A stretch of DNA of 64,000 bases from Chloroflexota bacterium (GTDB lineage: Bacteria; Chloroflexota; Limnocylindria; Limnocylindrales; CSP1-4). A program made the position numbers and the translations under genes. Every line of letters begins with the position of its first letter. Position 1 is the first letter of the stretch. Below are positions 27,852-36,814 of this stretch, in pieces. The stretch is taken from NCBI GenBank assembly GCA_039931975.1, contig JBDTQW010000001.1:2921-66920 (forward strand), read 5' to 3'. The notes under the pieces were generated by a model that was not told the origin of the DNA, did no database searches, and saw nothing but the letters and a program-made list of their open reading frames with translations.

Positions 27852-28967
27852 CTAGTGCAGCAGGTATTCGATGAGGCCCGCCCCGTTGGCCTCGATCGTG
27901 CCTCGGCGAAGGCTGTAATAGGACAGCCCGCCCTCTTCGGTGAGGGTCACCAGACCCGCCGCGCGGAGGAGCGCAAGGTGGTGCTTGATGGTCGGCTTCG
28001 ACAGCTCCAGGGCAGCAGCGATCTCGGTCAGGTAGTGGTCGCGGCCGACGAGCAGGCGCAGGATCCGCAGCCGGGTCTCGTCGCCCAGGGCGCGATGGAG
28101 CCGGACCACGGCCGCGGGCGGCGCGAGGGGGTCGCCTGCATCGAGCGCCTCGTCCGCGATGGGATAGCCGAACATCCGCCAGTCCTCGCCACCGAACACG
28201 AAGTTGTAGGGGCGGGCAAAGTAGGACGGAGCGAGGATCACCCGGCGGATGCCTGGTTCGGCCAGCCAGCGGATCCCCCTGGTCGTGGCCTCGATGAGGT
28301 CGGTCGGGCGGAGCGTGGCGATCGCCCCGGCCCGGGCATCCACGTCACGCCGGATCATCGTCGCGATTCGGCGCTCGATCGGCTGGAAGAGGGGCAGCCA
28401 CTCGCTGAGGACCTTGCGCGCCGGCCCGACGATCGAAGTGGGGTCGCGATACATCGCCCGGAGCCGGGCGACCTTGTCGGGCGAGTGCGAATCGGCCAGG
28501 CCGCTGACCAGCTCGTCGATCGCGGCCTCGTCGCCGGCCAGCACCTTGTCGGCCAGGCGGCGGCGGTCGGGATCGCGCAGATCGTCCGCGACCACGGTCC
28601 GGGCGATCGCCGCGTCGTCGAGGCCGTTCAGCAGGGCCACCAGGCCCGCCGCGTCGTGGACCTCGGGTCGGTCGACGGCCAGGCCGGCCAGGACCACGCA
28701 CAGCTCGATGCCATACAGCTCGAGCGCCGTCCCGGTCCGCGCGCGCAGGGTCGTCTTGGCCTCGTCGAGCCAGGCGCGGTCGGCCGCCGGCAGGTCGTCG
28801 GTGGAGCCGGCGTCGTCGGACAGGCTGAACACGAAGTCGTACAGGGTGCGCACGTCGAACTCGACTTCATAGGGCGCGGCGCCGCTCCGCGAGAAGTCCC
28901 GGACGATGGCCCGGGCGCGCGCCTCCGGGCTGTCGGCGGGCTGGGGCCGGGCTGATGTGCGGACCAT
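27852..28967 (-). CDS. ArsR-family transcriptional regulator with a large N-terminal domain of unknown function (C-terminal winged HTH)
   Basis: The C-terminus reads RLRILRLLVGRDHYLTEIAAALELSKPTIKHHLALLRAAGLV, an ArsR/SmtB HTH. The ATG at 28967 (MVRTSARPQ...) is in frame. The preceding ~55 codons of the track ORF are Arg/Ser-rich and cross the palindrome. Confidence 0.75.
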   Translation of the reverse strand: MVRTSARPQPADSPEARARAIVRDFSRSGAAPYEVEFDVRTLYDFVFSLSDDAGSTDDLPAADRAWLDEAKTTLRARTGTALELYGIELCVVLAGLAVDRPEVHDAAGLVALLNGLDDAAIARTVVADDLRDPDRRRLADKVLAGDEAAIDELVSGLADSHSPDKVARLRAMYRDPTSIVGPARKVLSEWLPLFQPIERRIATMIRRDVDARAGAIATLRPTDLIEATTRGIRWLAEPGIRRVILAPSYFARPYNFVFGGEDWRMFGYPIADEALDAGDPLAPPAAVVRLHRALGDETRLRILRLLVGRDHYLTEIAAALELSKPTIKHHLALLRAAGLVTLTEEGGLSYYSLRRGTIEANGAGLIEYLLH

Positions 28968-28991
28968 CGGTGTGCCCCGTCTCCTAACAGG

Positions 28992-29011
28992 TGTTAGACG
29001 ACAATCTAACA
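28992..29011. promoter_or_regulatory. Perfect 7-6-7 inverted repeat TGTTAGA-cgacaa-TCTAACA in the divergent intergenic region, a candidate ArsR operator
   Basis: The palindrome sits between the regulator start (28967, minus strand) and the M16 peptidase start (29011 or 29086). The region is locally AT-richer. Confidence 0.4.
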
Positions 29012-29085
29012 TGGCGCTCGGTGCTGTCAAGTCCCGGAGCGACGAGGGCGCGACGGCTGCTACGATCGGCTGCGTGTCCATCCCC

Positions 29086-30456
29086 ATGGTCGAGTTCACC
29101 GACGAGCGCCTCGCGAACGGCCTCCGGCTGATCATCGCCGAGGATCACCTCGCGCCGGTCGTGGCGGTGAACATCTGGTACGGCGTCGGGTCCAAGCACG
29201 AGGTGCCCGGCAAGACCGGCTTCGCTCACCTGTTCGAGCACGTCATGTTCCAGGGCAGCCGGAACGTGGGCAAGGCCGAGCACATCGCCCTGGTCCAGGC
29301 CGCCGGCGGGACGATGAACGGCACGACCTGGCTCGACCGGACCAACTACTTCGAGACGATGCCCTCGCATCAGCTGGAGCTCGCCATCTGGCTCGAGGCG
29401 GATCGGATGGGAACGCTCCTCGACGCCCTGTCCCAGGAGAACCTCGACAACCAGCGCGAGGTCGTCAAGAACGAGAAGCGCTGGTCGTATGACAACCGCC
29501 CGTACGGGAGTTGGTCGGAGAAGCTCCAGGGCCACCTGTACCCGCCCGAGCATCCATATCACCACCCGACGATCGGGTCCATGGAGGACCTCGACGCGGC
29601 CTCGGTGGAGGACGTCTCCGCCTTTTTCCGGACCTACTACGCCCCGAACAACGCCGTGCTGAGCCTGGTCGGTGACGTCGACCCGGTCGCGGCCCGGGCC
29701 TGGGCAGAGCGCTACTTCGGAGGGATCCCGCCCAATCCGGCGATCCCGCCGCTCGGCGACACGAGCCTGCCGCCGATCCTGGGCGAAGAGCGTCGCGAGG
29801 TGGTCGAGGATCGCGTCCCGCTGCCGCGGATCTTCTTCGGCTTCCGGGCGCCGGCCCTCGGCGATGAACGGCTCGATGCCATCGACGTGGCCACCCAGGT
29901 CCTGGCCGGCGGCAAGGGCAGCCGGCTCCACCGCCGGCTCGTCCGTGACGATCGGATCGCCCAGGACGTCGTCGGGTTCAGTCTCGGCTTCGTCGCCGGT
30001 GCCTCGATCTGGGCGGGCTGGGCCACGGTCCGGCCGGGGGTGCCCCTCGAGCGAGTCGAATCGGTCTTCCTCGAGGAGCTCGAGCGGCTGGTCCGAGAGC
30101 CGGTGACCGCCGACGAGCTTGCCCGTGCCCAGGCGCTGATCGAGACCGAGGAGCTCGGGGCGCTTCAGCGAGTCGAGGAGCGAGCCGACCGGCTGTCGAT
30201 GTACGCCAGCCTGTTCGACGAGCCGGGGCTCATCAACGAAATGCTGGGGCGCTTCCTGTCGGTCACGCCGGAACGGATCCAGGCCGTGGCGGGCGAGGTC
30301 TTCCGGGCGGACAACCGGGTGGTCATGACCTACGTCCCGTCGCTGCCGCCCGTCGAGGCGGTCTCCGAGGACGAGACCCCGTCGGCCCACGTGGCGATCG
30401 ACGAGGAGGAAGTGGACGCCGACGTGGAGTCGGGCGGAGAGGAGGACGCGGCGTGA
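29086..30456 (+). CDS. M16-family (pitrilysin-like) zinc peptidase, catalytically active subunit
   Basis: The inverted zinc-binding motif HLFEHVMFQG (HxxEH) and a downstream E are present. The start at 29086 (MVEFTDERLANGLR) is typical. An alternative ATG at 29011 overlaps the palindrome. Confidence 0.85.
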   Translation: MVEFTDERLANGLRLIIAEDHLAPVVAVNIWYGVGSKHEVPGKTGFAHLFEHVMFQGSRNVGKAEHIALVQAAGGTMNGTTWLDRTNYFETMPSHQLELAIWLEADRMGTLLDALSQENLDNQREVVKNEKRWSYDNRPYGSWSEKLQGHLYPPEHPYHHPTIGSMEDLDAASVEDVSAFFRTYYAPNNAVLSLVGDVDPVAARAWAERYFGGIPPNPAIPPLGDTSLPPILGEERREVVEDRVPLPRIFFGFRAPALGDERLDAIDVATQVLAGGKGSRLHRRLVRDDRIAQDVVGFSLGFVAGASIWAGWATVRPGVPLERVESVFLEELERLVREPVTADELARAQALIETEELGALQRVEERADRLSMYASLFDEPGLINEMLGRFLSVTPERIQAVAGEVFRADNRVVMTYVPSLPPVEAVSEDETPSAHVAIDEEEVDADVESGGEEDAA

Positions 30457-31850
30457 GCGGCCCCGGCGACTCCGTCGTGGTCGCCGAGCGACCGACCGGG
30501 GGTCACCCTCGCCCGTACCTGTTCCCGCCGTTCGAGCGGGTGGTCCTGGCCAACGGCCTGAAGGTGCTGTCCGTCCATCTCCCCGGTCGACCCCTGGTCA
30601 GCGCCCAGTTGGTTTACCTCAACGGCGCCGCCGACGAACCCGCGGCCGAGGCCGGTTCAACCGTCCTGTCGGCCCGAGCCCTAACGGAGGGGACCGACCG
30701 CTACGACGCCATCGCCCTGGTCGAGGCGACCGAGCGCCTGGGCGCCGGACTCCACGCCGATGCCAGCTGGGACGCCTATTCGGTCGGGATCGAAGTGCCG
30801 GCGTCGAGACTGGCTCCCACGCTCGACCTCCTGGTCGAGGTCGTAGCGCACCCGACCTTCCCCGAGCCCGAGGTCGAGCGGATCCGTGACGAGCGCCTGA
30901 ACGACATCCTGCAGGCGCGGGCCGATGCCCGCCGGCGCGCCGACGAGGCGTTTGCCGCGACCATCTACCGGGACGACTCGCCATACCACCGGCCTTCTGC
31001 CGGGAATACGTCGACGGTCGCCTTGCTCGATCGGGAGCGACTCCAGCGAGCCTGGACCCGCGGCCTCGATCCCGCTCGGACGACCCTGGTCGTCGCCGGC
31101 GACCTGACCGGCCTGGACGTGGCCCGCCTGGCCGAGGACCTGATGGCCGGCTGGTCTCGTGCCGAAGGTGCGCTCGAACCGGGCCCGATCGGGGCCCGTC
31201 CGACCAAGGGCGGACGACGCCTGCGCCTGGTGGACAAGCCTGGGGCACCGCAGACGGAGATCCGGGTCGGCCACGTCGGTCTGCCTCGGGGCATCCCCGA
31301 CTTCCACGCCGTGTCCGTCCTCGGGGCGATCCTCGGCGGGCTGTTCAACTCGCGGCTGAACATGAAGCTGCGCGAGGAGAAGGGCTACACCTATGGCGCT
31401 CACGCCGGCTGGGACCTGCGCCGCGCGCCGGGGCCGTTCTCGGCGCGGGCCGCGGTCAACACCGAAGTCACCGCGGCCGCGCTGAGCGATCTGACGGCCG
31501 AACTCGAGCGGATCCGATCCGAGCGGGTCACGGACGCCGAGCTCCGGGCGGCCCGCGACTTCTTGATCGGGGTGTTCCCGCTCCGCTTCGAGACGCCCGG
31601 TCCGATCGTCCAGGCGCTGTCCGGGATGGTGATCCACGGCCTCCCCGACGACGAGCTGACGACCTATCGCGACCGGATCGAGGCGGTCTCGGCCGCCGAC
31701 GTCCTGGCCGCCGCCCGTGCCCACCTCGACCTAGAGAAGGCATCGGCTGTCCTCGTCGGGGACGCGGCCGTCGTGGCGTCGAGCCTCGAGGTCGTCGGCT
31801 TCGGTCCGGTCGAGGTCATCCGCGACAGCGAGGAGCTGGTCGAGGCCTGA
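30453..31850 (+). CDS. M16-family peptidase, non-catalytic partner subunit (no HxxEH)
   Basis: The protein has the M16 fold and the same length class. It begins ANGLKVLSV. The zinc motif is absent. Its start overlaps the stop of the upstream M16 gene, so the two are translationally coupled. Confidence 0.85.
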   Translation: MSGPGDSVVVAERPTGGHPRPYLFPPFERVVLANGLKVLSVHLPGRPLVSAQLVYLNGAADEPAAEAGSTVLSARALTEGTDRYDAIALVEATERLGAGLHADASWDAYSVGIEVPASRLAPTLDLLVEVVAHPTFPEPEVERIRDERLNDILQARADARRRADEAFAATIYRDDSPYHRPSAGNTSTVALLDRERLQRAWTRGLDPARTTLVVAGDLTGLDVARLAEDLMAGWSRAEGALEPGPIGARPTKGGRRLRLVDKPGAPQTEIRVGHVGLPRGIPDFHAVSVLGAILGGLFNSRLNMKLREEKGYTYGAHAGWDLRRAPGPFSARAAVNTEVTAAALSDLTAELERIRSERVTDAELRAARDFLIGVFPLRFETPGPIVQALSGMVIHGLPDDELTTYRDRIEAVSAADVLAAARAHLDLEKASAVLVGDAAVVASSLEVVGFGPVEVIRDSEELVEA

Positions 31851-31942
31851 TCCGGCCCGGGTTCGCGCGAGTTCGTCAGCTCTACGAGCGTCCGGACCAG
31901 CTGGACCGAATAGGTGGTTCGCAGACCGCGGGGTGCAGTGAC

Positions 31943-31968
31943 TGAAACCTTGGGGCGTCGGCGTGTCT
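31943..31968 (+). promoter_or_regulatory. Candidate ECF-sigma-type promoter, TGAAAC-N16-GTCT, upstream of the acidic-protein/sigma/anti-sigma unit
   Basis: The -35-like hexamer is at 31943-31948 and the GTCT is at 31965-31968. This is about 60 nt upstream of the 32029 start. Confidence 0.3.
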
Positions 31969-32028
31969 CGATGACAGTGAGCCGCCAAGGACTGCGGCGT
32001 CCCGAACCGTCACACGGGGGATCCCGTT

Positions 32029-32484
32029 TTGGACAACAAGCGAACGCTCAAGGCCATCGGAAGCGGTGCCGCTGCGGCGCTCATCCTGGCCGGTGTCACC
32101 CTCGGCGCGGATGCGCTTCTGCGAGTGCCGGTCGCGACCCAGTCGGTCGTGCTGACCGCCGACGAGACCAATCCGGCTACCACCCCGGCGGCGCCCGAGA
32201 CGCCCGGCGCGGCCGATACCCGCGAGGCGCCCGAGACGCCCGATGCGGCCGAGACCCCCGAGCCGACGGAGACGCCCAAGGCCAAGAAGCCCGGCACGTC
32301 GAGCGCGACCGACAGGTCGAGCGCAACCGACACGGACGGCGACGTCGAAGACGAGAGCGACGACAAGGACGATGGCGACGTCAACGACGATCATGATGGG
32401 AGCGGCGACCACGACAACGGCGATGCCAGCGACGACCACGACGGCGACGACGCCGGTGGCGACGACGGCAGCGGCGACGACTGA
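32029..32484 (+). CDS. Secreted, extremely acidic low-complexity protein. It has a signal peptide, APETP-type repeats and an Asp-rich tail.
   Basis: The N-terminus MDNKRTLKAIGSGAAAALILAGVTLGADA reads as a signal peptide. Pro/Glu/Thr repeats follow. The last ~60 residues are about 50% Asp. Confidence 0.5.
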   Translation: MDNKRTLKAIGSGAAAALILAGVTLGADALLRVPVATQSVVLTADETNPATTPAAPETPGAADTREAPETPDAAETPEPTETPKAKKPGTSSATDRSSATDTDGDVEDESDDKDDGDVNDDHDGSGDHDNGDASDDHDGDDAGGDDGSGDD

Positions 32485-32621
32485 GACCGCGTCAGGGCCA
32501 TCCCATGGGTCCGTTCGGCCCCGCTGAGGTGACCAACGGCCCATGCCGGTGGGACGACCGCCGGACGCATCATCGGACCGGAGACCGCCGGCTCGACGCA
32601 TCGGATCGGCGGCTCTGGTGA

Positions 32622-33290
32622 ACCGGAGCTCACAGGATCGAAAACGCCGCCACCTCGATCACGTCCGGACGATCGCCCGCGGACATCGAAGCCCGCCGGG
32701 CGGTCGAGGCCGTCCTCGGCGGCGACCGTGACGCGTTTCGGGTCCTCGTCGAGCGCGAATCCGCATCGGTGGTTCGCACCTGTTATCGGGTCCTCGGCGA
32801 CCTTCACGAGGCCGAGGACGCAGCCCAGGAGGCATTCGTGATCGCGTATCGCTCGCTCGCCGGTTGGCGCGGCGACGGCTCGTTCGGCGCCTGGCTCGGC
32901 CGGATCGCCGTGCGCAACGCGGTCCGTCGGGCGAAGGCGCGCCGAACGACCGCCCGGATCGATCCGGCCGACCCGGATCGCCTGATGGGCTCTGGTGCGA
33001 GCGAAGGCGCAGACCGGGCCGGACTCGCCGCGCTGGCGCTGGGGATCGGCCGCTCGAACGATCCGGCGGTCCTGAGCCTTCGCGCGGAGCGCGCCAACGC
33101 GCTGCGGCTGGCCGTGGCCCGCCTGGATGAGCCCTATCGCGAGACGGTCATGCTCCGGTTCTATGGCGAGCTGTCGCTCGCCGAGATCGCGGCCCAGACA
33201 GGTCGCCCGATCGGGACCGTCAAGACGCATCTCTTCCGCGGGCTCGCGAAGTTACGGGCCATCACGGCCAGCGAAGGTTTCGACCGGTGA
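32622..33290 (+). CDS. ECF (sigma-70 family) RNA polymerase sigma factor. The start codon is unresolved. The frame is open from 32622, and the first canonical start is GTG at 32769.
   Basis: Region 2 reads ...EARRAVEAVLGGDRDAFRVLVERESASVVRTCYRVLGDLHEAEDAAQEAFVIAYRSL, a textbook ECF region 2.1-2.2. Only the part after GTG 32769 follows a canonical start codon. Region 4 is ETVMLRFYGELSLAEIAAQTGRPIGTVKTHLFRGL. Confidence 0.8.
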   Translation, partial: TGAHRIENAATSITSGRSPADIEARRAVEAVLGGDRDAFRVLVERESASVVRTCYRVLGDLHEAEDAAQEAFVIAYRSLAGWRGDGSFGAWLGRIAVRNAVRRAKARRTTARIDPADPDRLMGSGASEGADRAGLAALALGIGRSNDPAVLSLRAERANALRLAVARLDEPYRETVMLRFYGELSLAEIAAQTGRPIGTVKTHLFRGLAKLRAITASEGFDR

Positions 33291-33979
33291 CCAACCTGTT
33301 CCACCCGAGCGAGCTGACCGGCGGGGATGCCGTCCAGCCGACCACGGCGGATCTGGGGCAATCGCTGTTGATCGCCCGTGAGCTCGAGAGCCTCCTGGCG
33401 GCAACGGACGTCCACCCGTCGGATCGGTTCGTCGATCGAGTCATGTCCGCGGTCGTGGCGCAGCCGCTCCCGCAGCCGGCCGTGGCGGCCGGGCTGGCCC
33501 TCCGAGGGGGACGGTTCGGGGCGATGCTCGCCGCCCTTGCCGACAACTGGCGGATCACCTTCAGCGGCGATCACCCATTCCCGGTTCGCGCCCAGGCCCT
33601 GGCCTTCGTCCTCGTCGCCGTTCTCGCCCTTGGCTCAGTGGGTGGGGTGGCGACGATCGGTGCCGTTCGCCTGCTCGGGCCGGCACCCAGCGTGGCCGCT
33701 CCGGCTCCGACGCAACAAGGCCCGGTGGTTGAGCCGACGCCGAGCCCGGTGCTCGGCCCGATCATCGCTCCGACGGATCACGAGGGCACCCCAGAACCGA
33801 GCACGACGCCCGAGCCGACAGAGACCGCCGAGCCGACCGAGGGGCAGGGCCCTGCCAAGACCCCGCGGGGGACCGAGACGGCTCAGCCCTCGGAGACCGA
33901 CGAACCGAAGGAGACCGACGAACCGAACAAGACCGAGGAGCCGGGCCACGGTCACGTGGACGGCGCCAGCCCCGACTGA
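33287..33979 (+). CDS. Anti-sigma factor. An N-terminal cytoplasmic segment is followed by a TM helix and a Pro/Thr/Glu-rich extracytoplasmic tail.
   Basis: The GTG start overlaps the sigma stop. The TM segment is ALAFVLVAVLALGSVGGVATIGAV. The gene is co-located with the ECF sigma. No conserved enzymatic motif is present. Confidence 0.6.
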   Translation: MTNLFHPSELTGGDAVQPTTADLGQSLLIARELESLLAATDVHPSDRFVDRVMSAVVAQPLPQPAVAAGLALRGGRFGAMLAALADNWRITFSGDHPFPVRAQALAFVLVAVLALGSVGGVATIGAVRLLGPAPSVAAPAPTQQGPVVEPTPSPVLGPIIAPTDHEGTPEPSTTPEPTETAEPTEGQGPAKTPRGTETAQPSETDEPKETDEPNKTEEPGHGHVDGASPD

Positions 33980-34041
33980 AGTCTTCGAGCCGCGGCGACC
34001 GACCGCGGCGAGGGGCGACCCCGAGGCGCTACCCTCGTCGG

Positions 34042-34707
34042 GTGATCGTCGTCATCGGCTCACCGAGGCTCCGTCCCGGCTCCCCTGAGCGCCTGTCGGA
34101 GGCCGCCGGTCTGGCTGCCGGGATCGCCCTGGCCGCCCGCGGCCCGGGTCGGCAGGTCCAGCTCGTCGGTCGTGTCGGCGAGGACCCCGCCGGCGAGTCG
34201 GTCCTCCTGGCCCTTGCCCGCAACGGGATCGGTCACGCGGCCACGTTGCGCGACGCGGTCCACCCGACGGCCGTCGTGCCCGCCCCGGCAGAGGTCGACC
34301 CGGACCTCTTTGCCGACCCGGCCGATGCCCCAGAGGTCGAGTGGAGCTCGCTCGGGCCACCCGGCACGGCGACCCTCGACAGTGGCGACCTCGAACTGGC
34401 CCTGCGCTATCTCGATGGGTTCTCGGTCGTTGTGATCGCCGAGCCGCTCGAGTCCTCATCGCTCGAGATCGTCGCGGAAGCCGCAGCCTACGCCGGCGCA
34501 GTGCTGGTGGTTCTCGCCCCGACCGGCTCCCAGCCCGAAACGGTCCCCGCCGGGTCGATCGTCCTGGAGGCGCCCGCGTCCGATCCCGACGGCGCCTTCG
34601 CCCGGACGGTCGGCGCTTTCGCCGCGGCGCTGGACACCGGGTCCGATCCCGCGGAGGCGCTCGAGGCGGCGACCGCCGCCGAGGGCTGGCAGCGCGCCGA
34701 GGGCTGA
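34042..34707 (+). CDS. PfkB-like (ribokinase-family) protein, short or degenerate form
   Basis: The N-terminal ~80 aa (MIVVIGSP...LVGRVGEDPAGESVLLALARNGIGHA) resemble the PfkB N-terminus. Canonical C-terminal ATP-binding motifs are not evident. Total length is 221 aa. Confidence 0.4.
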   Translation: MIVVIGSPRLRPGSPERLSEAAGLAAGIALAARGPGRQVQLVGRVGEDPAGESVLLALARNGIGHAATLRDAVHPTAVVPAPAEVDPDLFADPADAPEVEWSSLGPPGTATLDSGDLELALRYLDGFSVVVIAEPLESSSLEIVAEAAAYAGAVLVVLAPTGSQPETVPAGSIVLEAPASDPDGAFARTVGAFAAALDTGSDPAEALEAATAAEGWQRAEG

Positions 34708-34745
34708 CGACGCTCGTCGGGTGTACCGGGAACGGGCCGGCCTCC

Positions 34746-35420
34746 TCAGCTCGCGAGCGGCCGGATGAGCTCCGGGCCGTTGTTCCGAACGTTGTTGACC
34801 AGCTGGGCCACCGCCACGATCTCGAGCGGCTCGCTGGGCGATGGACCGAGCAGACCGTGGAGCTCGCCGACGTCCTGGAGGGCCGGGTCGAGCCAGAGCG
34901 CCCAATCGACCGGCTCCAGGATCGCGGGCATCCGGTCGTGGAGCCCGGCGATCGCGTCGTTCGGGTTGGTCGTGACGATCGTGAACGTCCGCCGAACCGT
35001 ATCCGTGGCCGGATCGCGCCAGCCCGACCAGAGGCCCGCGAGGGCAAGCGGCGCGCCGTCGCGACGGTGGATGTAGAACGCCCGGCGAGCGGAGCCGTCG
35101 CGCTGCCATTCGTAGAAGCCGTCCGCGGGAACGATGCAGCGGCGGCGTCGGAAGCTTTCGCGGAACGCGGCACTGGTGGCCACCGTCTCGGCCCGCGCGT
35201 TGATCCGGCCGGCGGCCCGCCGCGGGTCGGTCTCCCAGTGCGGGATGAGGCCCCAGGCAAAGCTGGTGATGGCCCGCCGGTCGCCCTGCTCGACGACGAC
35301 CGCGGCGGCGTCCGTGGGCGCGAGGTTGAAGTGGCCGCCCGGGTCGTCGACGAGGGGCTCGGCCTCGAACAGGGCCGCGAGGTCGGCCGTCGGACGTTGC
35401 TGGGTGAACCGGCCGCACAT
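34746..35420 (-). CDS. SOS-response-associated peptidase (SRAP/YedK/HMCES-like), an abasic-site processing protein
   Basis: The N-terminus is MCGRF, with the catalytic Cys at position 2. The conserved WGLIPHW motif and the 224-aa length fit the SRAP family. Confidence 0.85.
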   Translation of the reverse strand: MCGRFTQQRPTADLAALFEAEPLVDDPGGHFNLAPTDAAAVVVEQGDRRAITSFAWGLIPHWETDPRRAAGRINARAETVATSAAFRESFRRRRCIVPADGFYEWQRDGSARRAFYIHRRDGAPLALAGLWSGWRDPATDTVRRTFTIVTTNPNDAIAGLHDRMPAILEPVDWALWLDPALQDVGELHGLLGPSPSEPLEIVAVAQLVNNVRNNGPELIRPLAS

Positions 35421-35452
35421 GGTCCGATCCTAACCTTGCTAGAGTCCGCGCG

Positions 35453-36814
35453 ATGGATCCGACCGTCCCGGACACGGGCGCCACTCCCGCACCGGACCCC
35501 CGGATCTCCGGGCCGCTCGACCGCGAAACCGCCCTGACCTTCCTGGCGATCGGCGACCGGCTGCTCACTGGGGGCGAGTTCGACGCCGCCAGTGGCTATT
35601 ACCAGCGGGTGATCGGCTTCGACGACCCGGCCATCACCGCAGCCGCGATCCTGGGCGTCGGCAACGTCCTGTACCGACTCAGTCGCGGCGACGAGGCCCT
35701 GGCCACGTGGCGCGAAGCGCTTAAGCTGGGGGAGACCCCGAGCGCGTATCCAGTCTGGCGCCAGATCGCCGCGGCGCTGGTCCGCGAAGGCAAGCTCATC
35801 GATGCTGCTGCCGCCTACCGCGAGGCCGATCGGCTCGCCCCACCGGGGGACAAGCCCGAGATCGCCTCGCGGCTCGGCTGGCTGGCCAAGGAGACCGGCG
35901 ATCCCCGCGGCGCCCGGCGCTACTTCGCCCGGAGCCGGGGGCAGACCGGACTGCCGATCCCCCTCACGTACCTGATCGTCGGCCTGACCGTCGTCGTGTC
36001 GCTGACCGCCGAGACGCCCGACGGCTCCGACATCGTGCAGGCGCTGGCACTGGACGGGTCGGCCGTGGCGCGCGGCGAATGGTGGCGACTCCTGAGCGTG
36101 ACCCTGGTCCACGGCGGGCTGCTCCACCTGGGCCTGAACATGTACGCGCTGTACCTCGTCGGGCCGATCGTCGAGCGTATCTACGGCTGGAGGCTGTTCG
36201 CCTTGATGTACGTCCTGTGCGCGCTGGCGGGCTCCGCGGCGAGCCTGGTCTTCGGCACCCCGGGCGTCCCGTCGGTGGGTGCTTCGGGGGCGATCTTCGG
36301 GATCTTCGGGGTGGTCCTCGCAGCGACCCGTATCCACGATCCGGTCCTCGACCGGCAATCGCGGATGCTCGTCAGCCAGGTGGGCGGGATCATCGTCCTG
36401 AACCTCGTCCTCAACGTCTTCTTCAACAGCGTGGGCGGCAATATCGACATCGGCGCCCACATCGGCGGACTTGTCGCCGGGCTGTGGCTCGGGTTCATCC
36501 TGGTGCCGGGCAATGTCCGATCGGTCCGCGACCTCTGGCAGGTGCCGGCCGGGTCGTCCGCGGGAGACTCCGCGGGTACCTTCGACGCGCGGGTGATCAC
36601 GCTGGTCCGAGTGCTGGCCATCGTCGCGCTGTTGACAGCCGTCGTGGTCGGGGTTGGGATCGGAGCAGATCGTGCCCGCTCGGTCCGCCCATCGACGATC
36701 TCCAGGGTCAGCGTCCTTGAACCGGCGCATGGTCCCAGCAGACCGGCAGGTGAGCGGGGCGTCCCGGCGCTCAGCCTGCCGGCGGACGTAGCGTCATGGG
36801 CAGGATCACGCTGA
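35453..36814 (+). CDS. Rhomboid-family intramembrane serine protease with an N-terminal TPR domain
   Basis: The rhomboid catalytic motifs GASGAIFGIFG (GxSG) and AHIGGLVAGLWLG (His) are present. TPR-like repeats occupy the first ~150 aa. Confidence 0.85.
   Translation: MDPTVPDTGATPAPDPRISGPLDRETALTFLAIGDRLLTGGEFDAASGYYQRVIGFDDPAITAAAILGVGNVLYRLSRGDEALATWREALKLGETPSAYPVWRQIAAALVREGKLIDAAAAYREADRLAPPGDKPEIASRLGWLAKETGDPRGARRYFARSRGQTGLPIPLTYLIVGLTVVVSLTAETPDGSDIVQALALDGSAVARGEWWRLLSVTLVHGGLLHLGLNMYALYLVGPIVERIYGWRLFALMYVLCALAGSAASLVFGTPGVPSVGASGAIFGIFGVVLAATRIHDPVLDRQSRMLVSQVGGIIVLNLVLNVFFNSVGGNIDIGAHIGGLVAGLWLGFILVPGNVRSVRDLWQVPAGSSAGDSAGTFDARVITLVRVLAIVALLTAVVVGVGIGADRARSVRPSTISRVSVLEPAHGPSRPAGERGVPALSLPADVASWAGSR

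Noticed and set aside
32010-32527. Tandem-repeat or CRISPR-like periodicity in the GAGACGCCCG repeats
   Set aside because: The repeats are codon-level and encode APETP / Asp-rich protein low complexity within a signal-peptide ORF. They are not spacer-repeat architecture.
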